From: Silvanigrellaceae bacterium
GTDB lineage: Bacteria; Bdellovibrionota_B; Oligoflexia; Silvanigrellales; Silvanigrellaceae
Assembly: GCA_049423385.1 (NCBI GenBank)
Contig: JBMSQQ010000072.1
Span: forward strand, 1 to 17,150
Direction: 5' to 3'
DNA length: 17,150 nucleotides
Position 1 is the stretch's first letter; the number at the start of each line of letters is the position of its first letter. The translations under genes and the position numbers were made by a program. Positions 6,713-15,300 of this stretch are shown here, piece by piece. Under the pieces are notes generated by a model, which saw only the letters and a list, made by a program, of their open reading frames with translations, was not told the DNA's origin and ran no database searches.

Positions 6713-7720
6713 TCAAATACTGTCCACAAACTCAAGTCCGCGGGCTTTTGGCTTGAGGCCTTTTTCGTTGAGCCAGTTGTCGTTGAACAGTCGGCTCAAA
6801 TAGCGACCGGCTCCGTCGCAAAGAATCGTGACAATTGTTTTGCCCGGGCCCAACGTGCGGGCAAGCTTGACTGCACCCAGAACATTGAGTGCGGCCGAAG
6901 AACCCAAAAACAAACCTTCGCGATAAGCCAGGTGATGAACCATTTCGAGAATGGGTTCGTCTGGAATTCTCATGGCGTCGTCGATTGGTGCGCCTTCAAT
7001 GTTGGCCGTGACGCGAATTTGCCCGATGCCCTCGGTGATCGACCCCCCAACAACATCATTCAAGTGTCCGTTTTTGAACCAGCTGTACATCGCTGCGCCC
7101 ATCGGATCGACGCACACTGCTTTTATTTTGCTGTTTTGCGATTTCAAATAGCGGGCCACGCCACCAAGTGTTCCGCCGGAACCAACCGCGGTCACGAATC
7201 CATCGATTTGTCCTTTGGTCTGATGCCAAATCTCGGGTCCGGTGGTCTTTTCGTGGAACTCACGATTGGCAACGTTGTCGAATTGATTGGCCCAAACAGC
7301 GTTGGGAATTTCTTCTGCCAAACGACGTGCGACGTGGTTGAAGTTTTCCGGATTCGAATACGGCACCGCCGGCACGGGGCGCACATCGGCACCAATCGCG
7401 CGCAGGTATTCGAGCTTTTCTTGTGATTGGGTGTTGGGAATCACAATGATGGTTTTGTAGCCAAGTGCATTCGCAACATGTGTCAGGCCGATGCCAGTGT
7501 TTCCTGCGGTGCCTTCGACGATGGTTCCGCCGGGCTTGAGCGCGCCTCGTTGGATCGCGTCAAGAACGATTCCCAATGCTGCCCGGTCTTTGACCGAACC
7601 GCCTGGATTCAAGAACTCAGCTTTTCCGAGAATCCGACAACCGGTGAGTTTGGACAGGCCTGGAATTTCGATGAGTGGTGTGTTGCCGACCGCGCCGCAG
7701 AATCCGTTCGAAATACTCAT
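6713..7720 (-). CDS. cysK: Cysteine synthase (O-acetylserine sulfhydrylase, PLP fold type II), 335 aa
   Basis: VGNTPLI, PLP-lysine motif GKAEFLNPGGSVKDRAA, substrate loop EGTAGNTG, NQFDN, phosphate loop VGSGGT, TEGIG, EGLFLGSSA and TILCD. GAGGA SD before the ATG at 7720. Confidence 0.94.
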   Translation of the reverse strand: MSISNGFCGAVGNTPLIEIPGLSKLTGCRILGKAEFLNPGGSVKDRAALGIVLDAIQRGALKPGGTIVEGTAGNTGIGLTHVANALGYKTIIVIPNTQSQEKLEYLRAIGADVRPVPAVPYSNPENFNHVARRLAEEIPNAVWANQFDNVANREFHEKTTGPEIWHQTKGQIDGFVTAVGSGGTLGGVARYLKSQNSKIKAVCVDPMGAAMYSWFKNGHLNDVVGGSITEGIGQIRVTANIEGAPIDDAMRIPDEPILEMVHHLAYREGLFLGSSAALNVLGAVKLARTLGPGKTIVTILCDGAGRYLSRLFNDNWLNEKGLKPKARGLEFVDSI

Positions 7721-7869
7721 GCTGTGGTTCCTCGTTGTGGATTGTCAGCCCAATGGAGTTTGGACGAGGATAGATCAAATTCAGCGCGGTACGGGAGTCG
7801 AATTCTTGTTACTTCTTCCGGAATGTGCGGAGTGGTCTGTGTCGCATTGAAAAACGACATTCCGCAGGC

Positions 7870-9351
7870 TCAGGGAGCTGCTCTTCTTCCAAAGGTCGTC
7901 ACTTCGAATTTGCCATTGACAAGTGTGGTCACCGAAAGACCTTCGCCAGTTGCTGCGGGTGTGCTCGAACTGCATGGGAATTCCAAGCCGGTTTCTCCCC
8001 AGTGCAACGGCGAATCATGTTTGGAGACGAGATGCTTCCAGCGGCATTGGGACGACTTTTCATTCACTGCCAGAAGAGCATTCTTTCCATCCCGGCTGAA
8101 CACCACCTGGCGTCCCGCAAACGGAAGGCTGGTTTTTGTTTCACTTTGATCACCGACCAGGAAATGTCCAAACGCAGTGCGACGCAGAACGTGACCTGGA
8201 AAAAGTTCCAGCTCGGAAATGTTCCGTCCTCGGAAAGGAAGGGTGCCGACGATTTTCTGCTTCGCAGCAGAGGCTGTCAGGCTGATGTGAAAGATTTTAA
8301 GTTGACCAGCTTCCATGCTCCATGCATGCAGGCTTTCGGAGTTTGCATCGTCTTGCATTGCTGCATCTATGCCTTCTGTGAGCTTCCGAACAACTCCTTG
8401 CAGGTTGTTTGAAAAGTCTCCAAGACCAAACACACAATTCTTGTAAACAACGAATTGCGGGTTGAGCTCCAGCGGAACGCCACTGCAGGATTCCCTGGCT
8501 GCCCTGGACCTGGAGTTGACATGCTCTTCCCAGACACTTTGATCCGCAGTCAAGGAGCCATTCCATACCTGGCCGTTCGGGCCCACCAAGAGCCCGCGCT
8601 CGGCAAGAAGGTCGACCGTTAAAAAGTATCTTTCAAATTGAATTCTCATCAGCCCGCGGTGCTCGGCCGCAAAGAAAAATGCCTTTCCCAATTTTTCGGG
8701 TGAAAGATTTTGCGGAAAGGAAGTGATTGAAAGAAGTCTGCGCCCCCGTTCGGAATCAACAATGTGGAGTCGCGATGCAGTCGTCACCAGAGTTAATTGG
8801 CGAGGAAGCACCGGGCTTCCACCTTCCAGTGCGTTCTTGATGACAAAACCCGGGATCTGAATTTCGCATTGACTGCCCCCACGACACACCCTGCGCGGAT
8901 TCACCAGGGTGAGCTCAAGGGGCCCTGTTTCAAACACCCTTGCACCTGCAACGGGTGGTTGAAGTTTGCTTTCCACAACGTCCGTCATGCTGCAGGATGA
9001 TTGTCCCCCGGGACCAGGAGCACAAATCTTCGCGACGGGTTTCTCTCCACTGTTTGAAAGAACAACGGTCATTCGCTTGTTTTTCCATTCTTCGGGGATA
9101 GGCCTTTTCCAAACAAAGGCAACATTGGCTTGATGCAGGTTTTCAGCGCCAACAAAAGGAAGTGTGAGTTCATCGTTGTAGTGGTTGACCTCGGTTGATA
9201 TCCACGTCCGCAGAGCTTCGGAAAATGGTGGAGGCGAAAATCGTGAGCGCAGAACATCATTGGCCGATGCCCACAGAGACAAACCCAGGCAAGCAAGGAT
9301 TCCGGCCACGTGAGGAATCTTGAATGGAGTTCTGTTGGAAAGGTTCCTCAT
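7870..9351 (-). CDS. Secreted hypothetical protein, ~493 aa
   Basis: Long ORF 7870..9381. Best start is ATG at 9351 (GAGGT 6 nt upstream); an alternative ATG at 9375 forms an ATGA overlap with the giant gene's stop. Sec-type signal ...VAGILACLGLSLWASA|ND. Eight Cys in the mature part fall into four local pairs. No family recognised. Confidence 0.75.
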   Translation of the reverse strand: MRNLSNRTPFKIPHVAGILACLGLSLWASANDVLRSRFSPPPFSEALRTWISTEVNHYNDELTLPFVGAENLHQANVAFVWKRPIPEEWKNKRMTVVLSNSGEKPVAKICAPGPGGQSSCSMTDVVESKLQPPVAGARVFETGPLELTLVNPRRVCRGGSQCEIQIPGFVIKNALEGGSPVLPRQLTLVTTASRLHIVDSERGRRLLSITSFPQNLSPEKLGKAFFFAAEHRGLMRIQFERYFLTVDLLAERGLLVGPNGQVWNGSLTADQSVWEEHVNSRSRAARESCSGVPLELNPQFVVYKNCVFGLGDFSNNLQGVVRKLTEGIDAAMQDDANSESLHAWSMEAGQLKIFHISLTASAAKQKIVGTLPFRGRNISELELFPGHVLRRTAFGHFLVGDQSETKTSLPFAGRQVVFSRDGKNALLAVNEKSSQCRWKHLVSKHDSPLHWGETGLEFPCSSSTPAATGEGLSVTTLVNGKFEVTTFGRRAAP

Positions 9352-9371
9352 GATGCGACCTCGTCTTGGCT

Positions 9372-12300
9372 TCATGGGCACGTGTTCGTTGCCTGAGTTG
9401 TCGTGAAACTGATCCCGCTGAAACTGCTGCTTGCTTCAGGGTCAAGCTGAAGCGTGGTGGTGTTGCCTGTGGTTGTTCCTTCGATCGTCACAGAACAACT
9501 GCCGCCGGCAGCGATGCTGGATGAGCAGCCGTTGTTTGTAATTGTTGCGCCATTTGCATTTGTGATGCTTGGGCTTCCTGCTGCGATATTGAAGGCATTG
9601 AGTGTATTGTCGTTATGGAACGTGACGGTCAAACGCCTGATGCCGGAAACACACGACCACGCGCTTTCGACGGGTCGCAGCGACTGGCTGCAGTTGGGCG
9701 CGTTGGTGTTGCCTGCAATCGCAGCCACAGCGTTGTTCATGCTCACAAACGAGGGTGCGGATGGCGTCGACACCACCGTCGCATCGCCAAGAGACTGGCC
9801 CGTGGTTCCGGGGAAAGTCAACGTGCAGTTGGAGCCATTGGCGAGACTTCCCGAACATCCGCTGTTCGGGGTGGGAGTCACTGTCATGCTGGCAATGTCG
9901 TAGCCCGTGCCGTTGTTGAATGTGCATGTGGATTGAGGTGCTCCTGCACTGCAAGTCCAGGCCGAGCAGGTCAGTGTGGGTGATTTCACAATCGATCCTG
10001 TGAGGGTCACCGCCTTGGTCAGGGCTCCGATGGTGCACGTGAGCGTTCCGTTCACATGCGTGTTCGAGTTCGTGACAGTGGTCGTGTTGCTGCTCGTGGT
10101 TTGCGAGAGCGTCGCCGCCGCTGCGGGTGATGTTGGTGAATACGTCCATGTGCCACAGGTGACGAGGCCTCGACCATTGCCAAATTGATCCTCGCCCCAG
10201 GCCGACACCGCGGGGCAGGCGACGGTCGTGCCACTGGTGCAGGTCGTGGTTGGAAGCGAAGTGTTGTATGCCGGTTGCGCACTGGAGGATGTTGACAGCA
10301 GGATGTTGTTCAAGCTGTCTGCATTTTGCACCGTGATTCCTGAAGTGTCGGCTGTCAATCCGCAGGCTGATGCGCGGATGATTTGTCCACTTCCAACCTT
10401 CTTGAGAATCACGGAACCCGAATTGAACGTGCCGATTGATCCCAGCGCCAACGCACCGGGGAAAACTGCTGTCGAACCGCCCGGAGAACTCAAGTTTCCG
10501 GTTGCAGTTTCGCCCAGTGTAGCCGTTGTGCAGCCAGTGGAAGTCAGATTGCCAAATTCGTCCTTTGCAGTCACGCTCACCGACACACTTCCACCCGCTG
10601 TTGTCACGGTGGTGGAGCCTGCGGTGGCAAAGAGTGCAGAGGCAGTGGCGGGCAGGACACTGTTGAACGTCACTGCGGTGGATTGAATTGAGGTCGCGAA
10701 GTCTGAACCAAAAATGCCTGCTGCGATCGTTCGTGCAGTCGAGTCTGCCTTCACGAAGTTGAAATTGTGGGTGCCGGTGTTGATGCCGTTTGAGAATGAC
10801 AAGCTCACCGATGAATTTTGACCAAAGGGAGTGTTCACGCCAGTGCCGGAGGTGGACCAGCCCGAGTTTGCTGCGCCGCTGAGTGCAACAGCGTTTGTGT
10901 TCCAATAGATTGTTCGGGTGCCGTATGTTGCACCGCTCACGTGGCTTGCAACAACAGTGTTTCCAGCCTTTTGGGCATTCAATGTGATGTTGGTGATTTT
11001 CAGGTTGCCCACGGCTGCTGTCAGATTGGTGCTCGACGTGATTGCGTTGTTGCCGGAATCCTGCGCCGTGATGGCAACCGATTTGACGCCACCCCAAACC
11101 GTCAGGGCTGCAGAGGCGCCGGTCTTGTTGCAGGTCAGTGTGCCATCCAGCCACTTCTGGTTGCTTGAGTTTGTGATTCCGGAGAAACGCGAGTTCGCTG
11201 CACCTGACGCAGAGTAGCCGCTTGGGTTGGCAGTGGGTGTTGTAACCCCGGTGAAGCTCCACGATGTGCAGACATCATCATTCGTTCCGGCGGTCTTGCT
11301 CGACGAGGTGATTTGATTTCCGTAGGCATCCCAGAACCACGCGTAAGCACTGCCGCAGCTCACAGCAAAGGGCGACGTCGTGCTGTTGTTGCAAATCATT
11401 TCACTGTCGGAAGTGGTGCTGCGGGCATCGGCCGTGGTGATGCGGGAGACTGCCGGGGATGCTGCCTTCACCGTGATATTTGGAGATGTTGTCGCGTTCA
11501 AGCCACAGGCAGAGATATTGAGTGTTTGTGTGGTGCGCGCATCAAAAAGTTTGAGACCGGAAATGGTGTAAACACCGGGCATACTCTGGGAACCAAGACC
11601 CGTGACTCCGGTTGACGTGGAGAACGACGTGGAGGTTGTTCCGGTGGGGCCATCATTCGGAGAAGTCGTGGGGCCGGTGACAATCACACTGCCCGGGCAT
11701 CCGGTTGCCGTTGGGTTCCCCTGGTCATCGGTAACCAGCAAGCTGAGGCCGAAGGCGTTTCCGGCTGTGACCGTTGTGGGAGGGGCAGCACTCACGGCAA
11801 CCGTTGCTGCAGTGCCTGCGTTGACGTTGAAACTCGATTGGGTGGCTGCCACTCCATGCACGGAAACATCAAACGTCACAGCCGTCTGTGCGGCAGTGAA
11901 ATTGAGCAGGTAGGGAGCGCTTGAGACGTTGCATTCCAACACCGTGGATCCCGAAAAGGTGCACGACTTGATTGCGGGAGATGAAGATGTGTTTGTGAGT
12001 TGAAGGCCGTCTTGACCGTTTTGCAGATAAGCCCCGGTTGAGTTGCTCATAAACCTGATTGTCTTGCTCAGGTTTTTGGTTGGCGCTGTCAGGTTCCCGG
12101 CTTTGGGTGTTTGAACCGTCACCCTTGAAACCTGAACATTTCCCACACCCGCAACAATACTGGAACCCGAAACGTTGTGGGTCACCGTCACCGTGCTCAC
12201 GCCACCCCACAGGCGGATTGTTCGACTGAGCGACGCACGCGTGCAGGTGAGTTGTCCATTGAAATATGTGGCCGTCGAGTGGGTAGGAGTGACCGATGAC

Positions 12301-15300
12301 ACGTTCGAAATGGCGGCGGTCAAATTCGAGGGTGTTGGAGCTGTGTCAGTCGTGACATAGCTCCATGTGTCGCACGTATCAGCACGCAGATTTCCCCAGT
12401 TGTCCCAAAAGCGCGCCTGCAGTTCAACACATTGAACAACTCCGGTGGTGGAGTTGTTTTCGCATTCGTATTCGTTCAGTGCTGTGGTGTCCACGCTTGA
12501 TGTATTTGTGTTCACCACCATGTTCGTCACGGTGGCTGGAGCCACGGTCAAGGTGTACGGAGTCGTCACACCACATGCCGCGAGCGTCAATTGTGTGTTG
12601 CTCGTATTGTAGAGGGTGATGTTGCTGGGTTGGTAGACACCACTTGTGGGCGCAGTCGAAACTGCCGAGAATGTTCCGGTCGTTCCGACGGAATTGCTGC
12701 TGTTTCCGGGTGAACTTCTGGTTTGCCCGGCAGGCAAATCAACCGTCAAGTTGTCGCTTGCGCAGGATGGGTTCCCGGCTGCCGCAGAGGTGGTTGTGCG
12801 GTTGGCATACAGATCCTGCACTTCCGCTTCGATGTTGAACGGTGTGCCTGCAGTGAGAGCCGGCAAGCTGCTGGCAGTAGAACTGTTGAAGCTGGTGAGG
12901 AGAACTTTGTTTGCCGCTGCGGGCTGCACCGAGAACGCGATGGAGTTGGATGTGATTCCATAAACCGTGGCGCTGATGGTTTTTGCATTCTCTGCCTTGA
13001 TGAGATTGAACTTGTATGTTGCAGCCGAATAGCTATCGGCGGTAGAAAGGCTGCCGTTGGCGAACGTCACGCTCGGTTGCTGCGCGAGCCCGCGCTGGAG
13101 CGTTGCACCCGTGCCGCCTGTGCCCCAGCCGTTGCCGTTCGTGGCTGTTGAATTCCATGTGAGCGTTCTGCTTTCAGAAATGGGCGAAGGAGTATCCACA
13201 CCACTTTTGGTTGTGCGCAGGTTGACTGCCGAAATGGCCAGATTGCCCGAAGCCGCGGTGAGCGTCGGATTGGTTGAAGTGATGTCTGTGTTGGCGGCAC
13301 TGCGCGCAACAATCCTGACCTCCTTCACGCCACCCCAAGCCGTGATAGATAGGGGTGTGGCCAATGGAGATTTTGTGCACGAAATCGCGCCATCGACGTA
13401 GGTGTTTGTTCCCTTGTTTCCAAGCGTGACGCTTGCTGCCGCGGTTGTGGCAATGTTGATTGCGTCGGGACGAGTCTGGGGGTCGAAACTCCATGAATCA
13501 CAGTTGCCATAGCTGCCAGTGAGATTGTTTCCATAGGTGTCCCAGAAATAGGCGTAAACCGTTTTGCTGGAACAATCGAGTTGGTTGTTGGATGCGTGCA
13601 TCGGGCATTTCACCTCACTTTCTGCAGTGTTGACCGCTCCTGCAGTGGTGCGCAAAACCCCCGTTGCCGCGCTGGCAGGATTCACAATCACTGACACTGT
13701 TGCCGGGGAAAGGCCGCAGCCCGAGACTGAAAGTGATTCACTCGCTGATGCCCGATAGAGAACAACATTGCTGATGCTGTGCAGCCCAGTGCTTGCAATA
13801 CTGCTGGTGCCGTAATTCGGGTTGTTGCCGGCCGGAGATGCACCACTGCCTGACAAGGACAGCGGTGTTGTGCACTCGCTGCCGGAAGTGTTTTTGCTGG
13901 TGCGATTGAGGTGGATGTCTTGAATTTCGACGTCGAAACTGAATTGGCTTCCTGCGGTTTTGGCACTGAGCGTTGGCAATACAAACGCATGTGCATTTCC
14001 AGGATTCACCGTGATTCCGGTGTAGCTCAAAGTTTTTCCTTGAATCCGAAGCGTCAGCGCGTTGCTGGTCGAAGCAGCCGTGTAATTCAAATTCAAGGCA
14101 TCGCTCGTCACCCCGTTGGTCGCAAACGTTCTGGTGACAATGCTGTTGGTGGTGTCGCGTCCTGATTCAGTCACGCTCACAATCTTCAAGAAATTATTCT
14201 GTGAGGAGCCCGTGTCCACGTGTATTTTGCTGAGGGTTGAGCTTTGAACAAGCGGTCTTGTGGCAACATCAAAACCGCCCCGGCGTTGGTACAGGGTCAA
14301 ACCCGTGAAAGTCACGTTGCCCGTGGCGGCTGTCAGAGTTGCGCCTTGCAAGGTGGCTGGAGTTGTGCTGGAGACGTTGATTTTCGACAATCCGCCGTAG
14401 ATATTGCTGATTGAAGCCACCTTTAGGTCCTTGCTGCACGAGAGTGTCCCATCAATAAAATCAGTTGCAGTCAGTGTTGCTGTTCCGCCTGTGAAGGTGG
14501 TGGTGGGAACTGTCGCAGCCGTCAGGCCGGTTGGGAAGTTGGTATAGTTCCAACTGCAGCTCACGGGAGATCCGCCGTTGAGGCTGTTGCCCCAGTCGTC
14601 CCAGTAATACGCTTTGATGGATCCGCAATTCACGTTGCTGTTCGTGGGCGAATTCGATGTGAGTGAACATTCGTAACTTGTTGTTTCCGCCGTCACGCTC
14701 GTGTCGTTTGCAGCTGTGGACAAAAAGCCGATACGAGCAACATTGGGGCTGACGGCGATAATCTTTGTATTGCTGACACCGCAACCTGCAAAAGAAACAG
14801 TGGTTGGTCCTGTTTTGTACAGGGTGATGGTTGATTTGTATTCCCCGGGATTGCTTTGCACCAAGGGGTTTGGAGGATCTGCCGTGGGTGCGACCGCTTG
14901 TCCACCATTTTTTCCACTTGAAGTGTAGGTCGCGGTGTCGATGCCAAAACCAATTGTGGAACACTGTGCACTGGTGCTGCCGTTGATCCATGTGTTGGTC
15001 GGGTTGCCGAACTGATCCTTCATCACCACAGTGACATTGGACAAGGCTATTCCTGCTGTGGCGTTTGCCGGAACACTTGAGACGTCGATTTGCGATGCCG
15101 GGCCCGCGTCAACGCTTCTGCCCCAGACGACGTTTTTTCCGTTCAGGCTGAGTGTAATGTTGCCCGCAGTCGCAGCTGTTCTCAGATAACCTGTAAACGT
15201 GCTGCCGCACTCGGATCTGGTTGTGGAGTTGGCAAGAATGCACGTTGGGTTTGTCGGCATGGAATCAAGCACAACGGCTCTTGTGATGGTGAATTGCTTG

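Noticed and set aside
6701..8412. Long plus-strand ORFs (241, 240 and 195 aa)
   Set aside because: Antisense shadows of cysK and the secreted protein, with no recognisable motifs.
9352..9381. Possible twin-arginine signal (KPRRGRI) on the secreted protein
   Set aside because: It does not fit the S/T-R-R-x-F-L consensus and lies upstream of the start with the best SD (9351).
9613..11262. 549-aa alternative-frame ORF nested in the giant gene on the same strand
   Set aside because: Its His/Arg/Gln-rich, motif-free composition is what a frame-shifted reading of Thr/Ser/Ala/Asn codons with C/G third positions produces. No evidence of independent coding.
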